The position numbers and the translations under genes were made by a program. Below, in pieces: positions 1-9,817 of a DNA stretch of 49,179 bases; position 1 is the first letter of the stretch, and each line of letters opens with the position of its first letter. The stretch lies in assembly GCA_049523135.1 (NCBI GenBank), contig JBEKNE010000001.1, positions 717,234 to 766,412 on the forward strand. Reading direction: 5' to 3'. The notes beneath the pieces were generated by a model that worked only from the letters and a program-made list of their open reading frames with translations, was not told the origin of the DNA and ran no database searches. The DNA is from Candidatus Microgenomates bacterium. GTDB taxonomy: Bacteria; Patescibacteriota; Microgenomatia; UBA8517.

Positions 1-1
1 A

Positions 2-1159
2 AGTCTGGGATTATTTGCAACCTACTATGCCCGAGGCTATAGGCTCAACCTCAAAACATTTAAATTTGAACCGAATGGCATTTTGGTGCTTAAATCCGAG
101 CCTGACGGAGCCTCGGTTTATATTAACGGCGATCTTAAAGCTGCAACCAATACCAGTATGTCTATTTCCCCCGGAACCTATGATGTTGAAGTCAAAAAAG
201 ACGGATATTTCAGCTGGTATAAGAGACTGACAATTGACAAGGAAATTGTTACTTCAGCTGACATTTCCCTATTCAAAAATGTTCCTTCGCTTGCTCCAGT
301 TACCGATTCCGGAGCCGTCAACCCCGTAATGTCCGAGGACGGAAGCAGGATTGTTTACAGTGTTTTGCCTTCAGGCGCAAGCGGCAGCGACAAAACAGGT
401 CTTTGGATACTGGATACATATAGCCTTCCTCTTGGTCTCGGAGGCAACAGCGCCAGAAGAATTACCGATGGAGACATGACGGGAGCTTTCTATATCTTCT
501 CCCCCGATGGCAGACAAATTCTTTTGACTATATCAAACGGTGTATTTCTATTAGATACCAGTACATTTACCGCCCAAAACCAAAGGGTGAATATCGCGTC
601 CTCCAAGGATAAAACCCTTGCAGCTTGGTCAGCGGAAGAAAAAACTAAAGACCAGAACTTAATTAACGGTCTTCCGCCGGAACTTAACGATATTCTTTCC
701 AGAAGATCTTCAGATTTCGTCTTTTCCCCCGACGGGCAGATGATTCTTTACACTGCAAGTTCCTCGGGAACTTTGCCCGATAACCTTATTGCTCCCCTTC
801 CGGGTGCTTCAACTCAAAGACAGGAAAGAGATATCCAAAGCGGTCATACCTATATTTACGATACTAAAGAGGATCGGAATTTCCTTGTAACCGATTTGCC
901 TGTGGAAATAGACAACAATAAAGATAGTACCGAAGAAGGAGTTGTTAGGTGGATGTCAACAAGCAGACAGCTACTTTTCGCCCAAGAAGGACAAGTAGTT
1001 ATTATGGATTATGACGGAACAAACCGCGATGTTGTTTATTCGGGTTCCTACTTCTCTCCTTCAGTATTCCCATTCTCAAACGCAACAAAACTTCTCATTT
1101 TAACCAACCTCGGAGCCCCTTCAGGAAGTGCCAATCTTTACACACTGACAGTTAAATAA
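2..1159 (+). CDS. PEGA-domain protein with C-terminal TolB/WD40-like beta-propeller (5' partial)
   Basis: Frame is open from base 2 (SLGLFATYYARGYRLNLKT...). PEGA-like LKSEPDGASVYING...PGTYDVEVKKDGY, then SEDG/SPDG propeller repeats. Confidence 0.85.
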   Translation, partial: SLGLFATYYARGYRLNLKTFKFEPNGILVLKSEPDGASVYINGDLKAATNTSMSISPGTYDVEVKKDGYFSWYKRLTIDKEIVTSADISLFKNVPSLAPVTDSGAVNPVMSEDGSRIVYSVLPSGASGSDKTGLWILDTYSLPLGLGGNSARRITDGDMTGAFYIFSPDGRQILLTISNGVFLLDTSTFTAQNQRVNIASSKDKTLAAWSAEEKTKDQNLINGLPPELNDILSRRSSDFVFSPDGQMILYTASSSGTLPDNLIAPLPGASTQRQERDIQSGHTYIYDTKEDRNFLVTDLPVEIDNNKDSTEEGVVRWMSTSRQLLFAQEGQVVIMDYDGTNRDVVYSGSYFSPSVFPFSNATKLLILTNLGAPSGSANLYTLTVK

Positions 1160-1315
1160 ATTTTGTGCACCATCTTGGAACGATGCTCGAACCTACCTAA
1201 TATCAAGTACTGATCCTCAAGAAAAGTCAGCTCTCCTCGATGTTCTTTCCAGATTCAAGAATGGAAGCGGAATTTTATGGCATGTTCAACTATCTTACTC
1301 ACGGCCTACAAGTAC

Positions 1316-1343
1316 TTGACAATAATGATGTATTGTATATACT
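1316..1343 (+). promoter_or_regulatory. sigma70-type promoter of TA operon (TTGACA-N16-TATACT) with GTATATAC palindrome over the -10
   Basis: TTGACA 1316-1321, TATACT 1338-1343, palindrome 1335-1342; ATG at 1351. Confidence 0.7.
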
Positions 1344-1350
1344 TTGTAGT

Positions 1351-1620
1351 ATGAATACTGTTATTAGTGTTAGGGTAAATAAAGCAGTAAAACTCTCTGC
1401 TCAAGAAGTTGCAGCAAGTGCGGGTCTAAAACTTAGCACACTAATCAATGCCTATTTACGACAGGTTGCAGCGACTCGTCGTATTGAGCTTTATGCGCCC
1501 GAGCAAATGTCTCCCAAGCTTGAAGGCCTTATCGCCGGTATAGAAGCTGAACTGGGTTCTGGTAAGATTAGTAGAAAATTTGAAGATGTTGATGATTTTT
1601 TAAATTCTCTCAAGCAGTAG
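1351..1620 (+). CDS. RelB/DinJ-like antitoxin
   Basis: Ribbon-helix-helix-like N-terminus (TVISVRVNKAVK...LSTLINAYLRQVA), directly upstream of the toxin. Start moved from 1240 to the ATG after the promoter. Confidence 0.8.
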   Translation: MNTVISVRVNKAVKLSAQEVAASAGLKLSTLINAYLRQVAATRRIELYAPEQMSPKLEGLIAGIEAELGSGKISRKFEDVDDFLNSLKQ

Positions 1621-1623
1621 TAT

Positions 1624-1884
1624 ATGACTATACAATATACTTCTACATTTAAGAAACAATACAAAAAGTTACCTCGGGAATTCCAAAATCAGTTTGATGA
1701 ACGCTTGCGTCTATTTCTGGCTGATCCCATAAATCCTCAATTAAGAGTTCATCCTCTCGTAGGAAAGTTTTCAGGTTATTGGAGTATAAATATAAATGGT
1801 GATCTTAGGGCACTCTATCTAAAAAGGGGTGAAGAGATTGTTATTTTTGCCCTTATTGGAACTCATAGTCAACTATATGGTTAA
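1624..1884 (+). CDS. RelE/YafQ-family mRNA interferase toxin
   Basis: 86 aa; TSTFKKQYKKL, HPLVGKFSGYWSINI..DLRALY, C-terminal IGTHSQLY typical of YafQ-like toxins. Confidence 0.85.
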   Translation: MTIQYTSTFKKQYKKLPREFQNQFDERLRLFLADPINPQLRVHPLVGKFSGYWSININGDLRALYLKRGEEIVIFALIGTHSQLYG

Positions 1885-1909
1885 TTTGACTATATACTTA
1901 TAATCCTAG

Positions 1910-1981
1910 TGCCCCTACCAGGAATCGAACTTGGATTACCCGCTTAGGACGCGGATGCTCTATCCGTTGAGCTATAGGGGC
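1910..1981 (-). tRNA. tRNA-Arg(CCT)
   Basis: Cloverleaf GCCCCTA/TAGGGGC, anticodon loop GT-CCT-AA, TTCGATT T-loop; CCA not encoded. Confidence 0.92.
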
Positions 1982-2084
1982 TAGAATTTTACAATCACAA
2001 CATTTCTAACTGCAACCAGATATTTTAACACATCTCCACCTTTTGTTATTCTAACCTACATTTATAATAGTTTCAGTAATATTT

Positions 2085-2093
2085 TGATATAAT
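2085..2093 (+). promoter_or_regulatory. extended -10 promoter (TG-A-TATAAT) for tRNA-Pro/NUDIX
   Basis: Perfect TGnTATAAT 18 nt upstream of the tRNA. Confidence 0.65.
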
Positions 2094-2111
2094 GTAGCAG
2101 CCAATGTAAAA

Positions 2112-2184
2112 CGGAGTGTGGCTCAGATGGTAGAGCGCCGCGTTCGGGTCGCGGAGGTCCCCGGTTCGAATCCGGGCACTCCGA
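2112..2184 (+). tRNA. tRNA-Pro(CGG)
   Basis: Cloverleaf CGGAGTG/CACTCCG, anticodon loop TT-CGG-GT, TTCGAAT T-loop. Confidence 0.95.
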
Positions 2185-2192
2185 CTTGAAAA

Positions 2193-2678
2193 ATGGAAAA
2201 CCATTATCTTCATGAAGTGGCAATTACTGCAATAATCCGAAAAGGAAACAAATTTCTTGTCACCAAAAGAGCTCCCACTAAAAAAAGGTTCCCCGGTTAT
2301 TGGACGGTTCCTGGTGGAAAACTGGAAACAAAAGATTATCTTTCCTTACCCAAAGATACTGAATTTTATTGGTATAACGTGCTTGAAAAGACTCTAACAA
2401 GAGAAGTTTTTGAAGAAGTCGGAATTAAAATAACCGATATTGAGTATTTGACAAGCCTCGCAACAGTCCATCACGATGGCCACCCTTCCCTGGTAATCTC
2501 GTGTATAGCCAAATATAAATCAGGAAAAGTAGAACTTCAAAAAGAAGAAACGGATGATTTTGCCTGGGTGAATATTAAGGAAGCTAAAAAATACAAGCTA
2601 TTAGATGGAATTTATGATGAACTAGTTTTGGCTTCAAAAAGTAAAAAAATGAGAAAATTAGGTTGGAGACGAAGTTAA
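2193..2678 (+). CDS. NUDIX hydrolase
   Basis: WTVPGGKLE...REVFEEVGI Nudix box with an insertion between its halves. Confidence 0.88.
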   Translation: MENHYLHEVAITAIIRKGNKFLVTKRAPTKKRFPGYWTVPGGKLETKDYLSLPKDTEFYWYNVLEKTLTREVFEEVGIKITDIEYLTSLATVHHDGHPSLVISCIAKYKSGKVELQKEETDDFAWVNIKEAKKYKLLDGIYDELVLASKSKKMRKLGWRRS

Positions 2679-3746
2679 TTAATCTTCCAAAATATCTGCA
2701 ATCTGTTTAAGCATAGTAACCACGACTGGTGCCGAAAGAAGGCTGACGCTTTCTACTCCATTATCATCTTTAATGGTCCAAGGTTTTTCAACAACCTTAA
2801 TCTTACCTTCATCAAGTTTGAATGAATACTCTGGAGTAATTTCATAATCATCGAAGTATTTCGAAGAATCAGCGACAGAGACATGGTTCCTAAGGAGAAC
2901 CTTAGGAACTCCATGAAGGGCAAAGGCTTTCCTGAGTATTTGCTCATCTTTATCAAGCCTGCTTCTAATGGGGCCAATCCCCAAATTATCTCCCTCCTTA
3001 GGCTCCATCCTAAAACCGCCCTTACACCTTGGGCTATCGCAAACCAGATAAAACTCATTCTTCTTCTCATCATATCCGTATTTACTTGTTATAAGAAGTT
3101 TTGTGTTTCTGGTATTTTTGCAATTTGGACAAACTACACGATATTTGATTCTTTCATCTATTACCGATTCCGGAATATCAATAAGGATAAACATATCAGG
3201 ATCATCCCGATAATCAATCAAATCTCTAAAATAAAGGGAATATGAAACCTGATCCAAATCCCTTGGCAGGCCGTCAATAAACAAAGTTTTTCCCTTATGA
3301 TTCTCTATCTCAAGCTTGAGAAGAGCTAAAATAAATTCTGTGGGAAGAAGTGCTCCCTGGGTTCTTCCTAAAAGAGCGTTAACTGCATCATCAAACGAAA
3401 TATAACCTCTATATATCCTTTTGAGCTTTTTGTATTTTTCAGTCTTGGTAATTTCATCCCAATTGGCACTGGTATTTCTAACGATATCTCCAATTGAAAC
3501 TAAAGCGATTTTATCTGCACCAAATATTTCAGCAAAAATCTGAGAATAGGTTCCCTTTCCGGAGTTTTTCTTGCCAATAAGATATGCAACAAAGGTTTTT
3601 TTGTCTAAATATTCCTTAATTTTAGCAATTTCCGGGCCGGCCTTAGCTTCAAAGTAGGCTTTTCTACCTTCGGGAGAGTTAAGATCAAATTTTTTGGTTA
3701 AACCCGGTACTTTTGTGCCAACCACCGGAAATTCAAGTCCTTTCAT
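2679..3746 (-). CDS. Adenylate/nucleoside-monophosphate kinase family protein
   Basis: P-loop GKKNSGKGT, IDGLPR motif, Cys-containing lid (CPNC...CDSPRC); ATGA overlap with upstream peptidase. Confidence 0.8.
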   Translation of the reverse strand: MKGLEFPVVGTKVPGLTKKFDLNSPEGRKAYFEAKAGPEIAKIKEYLDKKTFVAYLIGKKNSGKGTYSQIFAEIFGADKIALVSIGDIVRNTSANWDEITKTEKYKKLKRIYRGYISFDDAVNALLGRTQGALLPTEFILALLKLEIENHKGKTLFIDGLPRDLDQVSYSLYFRDLIDYRDDPDMFILIDIPESVIDERIKYRVVCPNCKNTRNTKLLITSKYGYDEKKNEFYLVCDSPRCKGGFRMEPKEGDNLGIGPIRSRLDKDEQILRKAFALHGVPKVLLRNHVSVADSSKYFDDYEITPEYSFKLDEGKIKVVEKPWTIKDDNGVESVSLLSAPVVVTMLKQIADILED

Positions 3747-5020
3747 TTGAGCAATTTTACAAATTTTCCTCCGTTTTGGAAAGGTCCAATTATGGCCAAG
3801 TTAAGCCTAGCGGGAGTAAAAAGTTTTTTGGCCTCAAAATAAATATCGTCAAGAGTAACGGCATCAACTTTTTTATAAATTTCCTCGGGAGTTAGAACAT
3901 TCTCAAGAAAAAGTTCCTGATTGCTGAAAAATTCACTAACATCGTGTGTATCTTCAAGCGATAGGGCAAGGTTGCCCTTTAAGAATCCTTTGGCTTTGAC
4001 AAGCTCTTTATCGGTCACGGGGTACTTTTTGGAAGCAAGGCCATAACACTGATCCAAAATCACTTTTATGGCTTCATCAGCCTTAGCAACATCTACACCT
4101 GCATAAGTATCTATATAGCCGATTTCTTTATATCTTTCAAAGCCGGTTCTTACCGAATAGGCCAAGCCGCGCCTCTCGCGGACTTCTATAAAAAGCCTGC
4201 TGCTCATTCCCCCACCCAAAATTACGGAAAGAAGGCTTTGGGCAAACCTGCCCTTATAACCTCTCCCTTCCCCCATAAATCCAAGGATAAGATGTGCCTG
4301 CTCGCTTTTTTTGATTTGGAGCTTAAATTTAGGTTCTTTCTGCTTATTTTTGAACTCTCGGCTTTCAAAAGGTCTTTCCTTGACACCATTAAGACCGACA
4401 AAATACTTTTCGGCAAGCTTCAAAACTTCGTTTTCGTCAATCCCTCCGGCAACCGTAACCAGCATAGTCTCCGGATGGTAATGAATTTTACGATAGGTCA
4501 AAAAGTCTTCCCTTTTAATTCCGCGTACAGATTTTTCGGTTCCGGCAGTGTCTCTCCCCAAAGGATTGCCCTCAAAAGCCAACTCCTCAAAAACGTCTCC
4601 GATATGCATCATTGGGGTATCCTCGTACATTTTGATTTCCTGAACAATTGTTCCTTTTTCCCTCTCAATTTCGGCAGATTCGATCAGGGGATGCAAAACC
4701 ATATCACTTAAAACATCCATTGCCGTCTCAAGATTAGCTTTACCGGCTTTAATATAAAAATTTGTCCAGTCTTTTGAAGTTGCCGCATTAAATTCCCCGC
4801 CAATGGCATCCACTGCCTGAGAAATATCCTTGGCTGTCGGGCGCTTACTACTCCCCTTAAAAACCATATGCTCCAAAAAGTGACTTATACCGGCAATTTT
4901 CGGATCTTCGTTGCGGCTCCCTGTTTTGACCCAAATTGTGACGGTTACGGATTCGAGGGACGGCATGGGTACGGTCAAAAGCCTTAGGCCGGAAGATAAT
5001 TTATGAAGTTTGTAATTCAT
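3743..5020 (-). CDS. M16 (pitrilysin-family) zinc peptidase
   Basis: Inverted zinc motif HFLEH, GGEFNAATS, SSRLFIEVRERRGLAYSV. Confidence 0.92.
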   Translation of the reverse strand: MNYKLHKLSSGLRLLTVPMPSLESVTVTIWVKTGSRNEDPKIAGISHFLEHMVFKGSSKRPTAKDISQAVDAIGGEFNAATSKDWTNFYIKAGKANLETAMDVLSDMVLHPLIESAEIEREKGTIVQEIKMYEDTPMMHIGDVFEELAFEGNPLGRDTAGTEKSVRGIKREDFLTYRKIHYHPETMLVTVAGGIDENEVLKLAEKYFVGLNGVKERPFESREFKNKQKEPKFKLQIKKSEQAHLILGFMGEGRGYKGRFAQSLLSVILGGGMSSRLFIEVRERRGLAYSVRTGFERYKEIGYIDTYAGVDVAKADEAIKVILDQCYGLASKKYPVTDKELVKAKGFLKGNLALSLEDTHDVSEFFSNQELFLENVLTPEEIYKKVDAVTLDDIYFEAKKLFTPARLNLAIIGPFQNGGKFVKLLK

Positions 5021-5037
5021 GTTGTATAGTATATCAC

Positions 5038-6702
5038 CTACATTCTTTCCGGAGTTTCGATTCCTAAAATTTTCAGGCCGTTTTTAAGTACAATTCCGGT
5101 TGCCTGCGTTAGTGCAAGCCTGAAATCTTCATTTTCTCCTCCGATGATTTTATCCTTGTTGTAGAAACCATTGTATTTTGAAGCCAATTCATAAAGATAG
5201 TTGCAAAGGATATTCGGTGAGTAAGTTTTGGCTGCAGTCTCAATTACCTCAGAAAATCGGGTTAAACTCCGAAGAATCAAGAATTCTTCTTCGTTTATGT
5301 TTTTAGTAACTTTTATCTCTCGCCCTTTACCTTTTGCCTTCGCGAGGACTGAATTAGTCCGAGCGACGGTATATTGAAGATATGGTCCGGAGTTCCCTTC
5401 CATATTCATTATTTTATCCCAATCAAAAACCACATTACTTCCTACCGAGTGCATCAAATCAAAATACTTTATTGCCCCTATCCCCACATCTTTGGCTACC
5501 AACTCACTACTATTGCCAAGTTTTTTGGCTCTTTCAATTGCTTCATCCAGAACTTCCTCAAGTTTTATAGTTTTTCCTTTTCTGGTACTAAACTTCCTGC
5601 CGTCAGGCGCCAAATATAATCCATGAGCTGTATGGATAAGCTCAACTGAATCTTTTACTAGCCCAAGAAGTCTAGATACTGCAAAAATCTGTTGGAAATA
5701 AAGAGATTGCTCAGCTCCGACTTCATAAATAATGATTGAGGGGTCCCATTTCCTCATCCTGAACTTGATTGTTGCCAAATCCCGCGTTGCGTAAGTTGTT
5801 GCACCGTCATTTTTAAGAAACATCAAAGGAATTTTTATCCCGGCTTTTGATAAATCGATAATTACTGCCCCATCTTCACCTTTTTCCAGATATTTTTTAA
5901 CGGCTGGGTCACCCGCGAGCTGCCTCATTTCGCTTTCGTAGTAGGATTCCCCAAAGGCAAAATCAATTTTTACTCCTAGAAGTTCGTAGATTTTATTAAA
6001 TTCCTTAATTGAGACTTCAACACATTTTCGCCAAATTGACCTTGCTTCAGCATCCCCTTCTTCAAGCTTTTTGAACCATTCTCTCGCTTTTTCTTCCAAA
6101 CTTGGGTCAGTTTCGGCAAGTTTGTGGAACTCAACGTAAAGCTCTTCAAGCTTAGTAATATTAAAATCAGTTACTTTTTCCAATTTAATCATGTAAAGAA
6201 GCTTGCCAAACTGTGTTCCCCAATCGCCCAAATGATTATCACCGACAATTTCATAGCCCAAATCCTTATAAAGATTGTAAAGTGCCTGCCCGATTATGGT
6301 TGATCTAAGATGTCCTATGCCAAAAGGCTTGGCAATATTGGGTGAGGAGTAATCAATCACAACCGTTTTTCCTTTACCAAAACTTGAAGTTCCGTATTTT
6401 TCTTTCTCACTATCAATCTGTGTCAAATTATTGATTAAGACATCACGCTTTAACCAAAAATTGATAAAACCGGGTCCTGCAACCTCGATTTTTTCGGTTA
6501 TACTTTTCAGATTATTTTCCTTATTTAGCTTTTCAACCAAGGATTCCGCAACTTCCCTTGGGTTTTTCTTTTCTTTTTGCGCCAAAACTAGAGCAATGTT
6601 ACTGGAATAGTCACCAAACGACTCATTCTCTGGAAATTCAAGGTTAATTTCTTTTTCTCCTGTAATCTCTTGCAGTGCTTTAATTATTTGGTCTTTAACC
6701 AT
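5038..6702 (-). CDS. argS: Arginine--tRNA ligase
   Basis: FGDYSSN, AGPGFINF, DYSSPNIAKPFGIGHLRSTIIG, HLGDWGTQFG, GNSGPYLQY, PERM C-terminus. Confidence 0.97.
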   Translation of the reverse strand: MVKDQIIKALQEITGEKEINLEFPENESFGDYSSNIALVLAQKEKKNPREVAESLVEKLNKENNLKSITEKIEVAGPGFINFWLKRDVLINNLTQIDSEKEKYGTSSFGKGKTVVIDYSSPNIAKPFGIGHLRSTIIGQALYNLYKDLGYEIVGDNHLGDWGTQFGKLLYMIKLEKVTDFNITKLEELYVEFHKLAETDPSLEEKAREWFKKLEEGDAEARSIWRKCVEVSIKEFNKIYELLGVKIDFAFGESYYESEMRQLAGDPAVKKYLEKGEDGAVIIDLSKAGIKIPLMFLKNDGATTYATRDLATIKFRMRKWDPSIIIYEVGAEQSLYFQQIFAVSRLLGLVKDSVELIHTAHGLYLAPDGRKFSTRKGKTIKLEEVLDEAIERAKKLGNSSELVAKDVGIGAIKYFDLMHSVGSNVVFDWDKIMNMEGNSGPYLQYTVARTNSVLAKAKGKGREIKVTKNINEEEFLILRSLTRFSEVIETAAKTYSPNILCNYLYELASKYNGFYNKDKIIGGENEDFRLALTQATGIVLKNGLKILGIETPERM

Positions 6703-6753
6703 AAGTTAATTTTAATATCTTTCAGCCAAAAATGATATATTCCCCATTTCCTT

Positions 6754-7995
6754 TTGAAAAAAGCAGGGTTAAAATTGGCGGTTATGGTAGAAATTGATAC
6801 AAACGGACCAAAAATAGATAATCTGGGCAGAATTATTTATGATCACGCTCAGGAAATACCATACTCAGAAGGCGCCAGCCGCTGGCAGGAAAGAATAAAC
6901 CAAATAGAACTCACGGGAGGCAACTCTTCACATCAAGTTGTGGTTATCCCAACAAATGATTTAACGGAAAAGCTTTCCCATTTAGACTCTTACCCGTTTG
7001 CAGATAAATATCCGGTTGCTATCGCCAAAGTCGGTAAATTTCCGGACACAGAAGATCTGGACAGAGTTGAAAATGAAGTTCCGGGCGTTAAGCATATAAC
7101 CATTATTGCCTCCCCAACAACTTATGCCGATTTATTCCATATTGCGCAGACCGCCGATCACTATAAAGAGGTTCTGAATACAAATCATGTTACTCTTTTT
7201 GTCCCATATCTAATGACCACGCGCCAAGATAAAAATATCAATTCACGAACTGGTGAATACGAACCTGTTTCTATTAATATACACTCTACAATTAATGCAC
7301 TTTCAGGAAGTATTGACAGTTTTATTGTCATGGAACCGCATTCCTTTGCTACTCAAACAGAAGCCGCAAAAAGAAACAGAGCCCTTTTCCCGGTAACTCC
7401 ATGGAGATTCCTTATGAATGAGGCCACCAGAAGGACTGTAAAAATTGACGGTAAGAAATTTTGGTTCACTAAAGAAAATACATTGAACGTAAGGCCTGAT
7501 ATAGGCAGAAATATTGCCGCCACAAGAAGTGCCGACTATTACGGACTTGAACACATTTCTTTTGATAAAAAAAGGATTAGTCCCACAAAAACAGATTTAT
7601 CTTTATCAGTTGAGGATCAAAAGAGAGTCAAAGATATGATGTGTGTAGTTTATGATGACGAATTGGAGACTTGTGGAACTATTGGAACAATGGCCGAGAA
7701 ATTAACTGAGTATCAAGCCATGGGACTGGTTATTGTTGCCGTTCACGGCAAGTTTACGGGCGAATGGAAGAAAAATATCGCGAGCCCAATGATTAGAAAG
7801 ATATTTATAAGTGATTCCTTTAAGCCGATTGGCAATATAGAACCCTATATCAAGTCCGGCAAAATTGAGGTTATATCTCTCACAAAAAACATCAAGGAAA
7901 TAATTGAGGCAGATTTAAAAGGAGTTAATTTCTGGCTGGATCCAAATTACAGCCACATGGTTCTTCAAACCAACGGGCAAGACGAAAAGTGTTAA
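6754..7995 (+). CDS. Divergent ribose-phosphate pyrophosphokinase (PRPP synthetase)-like protein
   Basis: VPYLMTTRQDK (cf. PY..YARQD), PDIG, YDDELETCGT (PRPP-binding loop), VHGKF. Start uncertain (TTG 6754 or ATG 6784). Confidence 0.7.
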   Translation: MKKAGLKLAVMVEIDTNGPKIDNLGRIIYDHAQEIPYSEGASRWQERINQIELTGGNSSHQVVVIPTNDLTEKLSHLDSYPFADKYPVAIAKVGKFPDTEDLDRVENEVPGVKHITIIASPTTYADLFHIAQTADHYKEVLNTNHVTLFVPYLMTTRQDKNINSRTGEYEPVSINIHSTINALSGSIDSFIVMEPHSFATQTEAAKRNRALFPVTPWRFLMNEATRRTVKIDGKKFWFTKENTLNVRPDIGRNIAATRSADYYGLEHISFDKKRISPTKTDLSLSVEDQKRVKDMMCVVYDDELETCGTIGTMAEKLTEYQAMGLVIVAVHGKFTGEWKKNIASPMIRKIFISDSFKPIGNIEPYIKSGKIEVISLTKNIKEIIEADLKGVNFWLDPNYSHMVLQTNGQDEKC

Positions 7996-8838
7996 TTAGT
8001 AATCCAATATTTATTTCCATCGGTTACCACCTCTATATCCCCCATTCGGTCAGCTCTTAGGATCTTTTCTTTATATTTTGAAAGTATGTCTAAAATTTCC
8101 TGCTTTGGGAAACTCCAGCTATTTTTCCCTACACTGATAACCGCAATTTTAGGCATGGAGGCTTTGAGGAGATTTTCCGCTAAACATTAGTACTTTCATG
8201 ATGAGGTATTTTGATATAGTTAACTGTTCCAATATCCGAATATGTTGTTAGCCCGTCCGGGACTTCAGGCGATACATCTCCGGTGAAAAGTCCCGAGATG
8301 CGGCCAAAGCTAAATTTATAGGCAATTAAATTGACATTTGTATCATCTTCTACACTGAATTCTCTATCTACCGGTTCCTGATCAGGATTAAGTCTATCTA
8401 ACTAGATCAAACCCAACCTAAGCTTCTTGCCTCTACCGGATTCAGAATAGGCATGCCACCCCTCCCCACCCTTTTTTTTAGCGCTTTATATACTTGAGTG
8501 CCAGGATCTATCGGATTTATCAGAATTTCGCCAACATTATAATTTTTTATTACACTTACCAAGGCTGTTGAGTGGTCCGCATCGGGGTATGCCCAAAATA
8601 ACTAGTTCGATATTCCTGTCCCAAAAGGGCATATACTTGCCTAGACAATTAAGATACTATTATCCGGTTCGCCATCCATCAAAATTTGAGTAGTTCCGTA
8701 AGTAATCAAAATAGCGTCCCCTATCCGACATTACAGGCGATAATATGAAGATTGGCATCCGGCCAGTTGGAAAGCGGCAATAACAATACCGGACAATATC
8801 AGCAATAAAATTCCAAAACAATATTTCCAGATTTTCAT
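7992..8838 (-). pseudogene. ComEC-associated metallo-beta-lactamase-fold gene, disrupted
   Basis: Fragments in shifting frames: MKIWKYCFG, NLHIIACNVG*GDAILI (TAG 8723-8721), CLGKYMPFWDRNIELVI, PDADHSTAL, AVISVGKNSW...RADRMGDIEVVTDG. Confidence 0.85.
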
Positions 8839-8872
8839 CCAAATATATCAACGACTTTGCAAAACCACCACC

Positions 8873-9817
8873 TTAAGAATATGAGAGCCAAAGAATCAGA
8901 GCATTGATGATTGGAGACTATATATTAAACTGTCCAAATATAACAAACCATATCGAAGCGACTTCAATTTGGGCGTAAAATGAGGTTGATAGACCTTCTC
9001 TAAGCACTTCAGAAACTCGTTTCAGATAACTTCCGATTTTTGTCAAAAAGCATTATTGATGCGGTTGAAACAAACGACGGGATAAAACCTATATCGGTAA
9101 TCCAATCGGGAACGATAATCAACATTAACCCGGCTGTTAGAAGAAGAACTCTCCACGCGCTTGTCAGTCTCACACCCTCCACCATCCAAAAGGTTAGGAA
9201 TGTTATTATTGCGACCCTGACTAAAGGGGCATCAAACCCTACTACAAAAAGATACAAAATAATACCTAATATAGCAAAAGGTGTCACTTTTCTTCTCGGC
9301 AAAAAGAATATAAGTACCTCCATTAAAAAAGAAACTACAAAAGTTACATTAGTTCCGGACACAACAATAACACGGGCTATCCCGGTAGTTTTTACTTTAT
9401 TCCAAAAATCGGCAGTTATTTCTCCCCTACTCCCAAAACAGTCCCGGCAATTAACCCCAACATCGGTTCCGGCAAAGTCTTTTGATAAAAGGCGATAATT
9501 TTATTTCTTAACCCGGACCCAAAACCCTGATTGGGACTATCGGAAATTAATTTTGCATTTTTAAGTTTTCCATTATCGACAATTCCCTCAACAACTATAT
9601 GATCTCCGTAATTAATCTCGGGAAAAATCGGCAAGGAAATTTTAAGTCCGCCGGCTTTCAGACTTTGAGAATTGGGGTAACTGACAAGGTCGAAAAAAAC
9701 CGTTGCGGATACATAAACAGTGTCCCCGTTTTTATAAACAGGACGGACAGAAAAATATCGGAAAATTATTAAAAAGACAAGAAGTAACCATAAGGAAAAT
9801 CGTTTCACCGTAATCAA
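8873..9817 (-). pseudogene. comEC: ComEC/Rec2 competence membrane domain, disrupted
   Basis: LIAGTVLG / TTGIARVIVVSGTNV / LREGLSTS...FGQFNI*SPIINAL lie in different frames; frameshifts near 9420 and 9040, TAG at 8920-8918. Confidence 0.88.

Noticed and set aside
1240-1350. N-terminal extension of the antitoxin ORF in the track
   Set aside because: It runs through the promoter and operator; homology-like sequence begins at ATG 1351.
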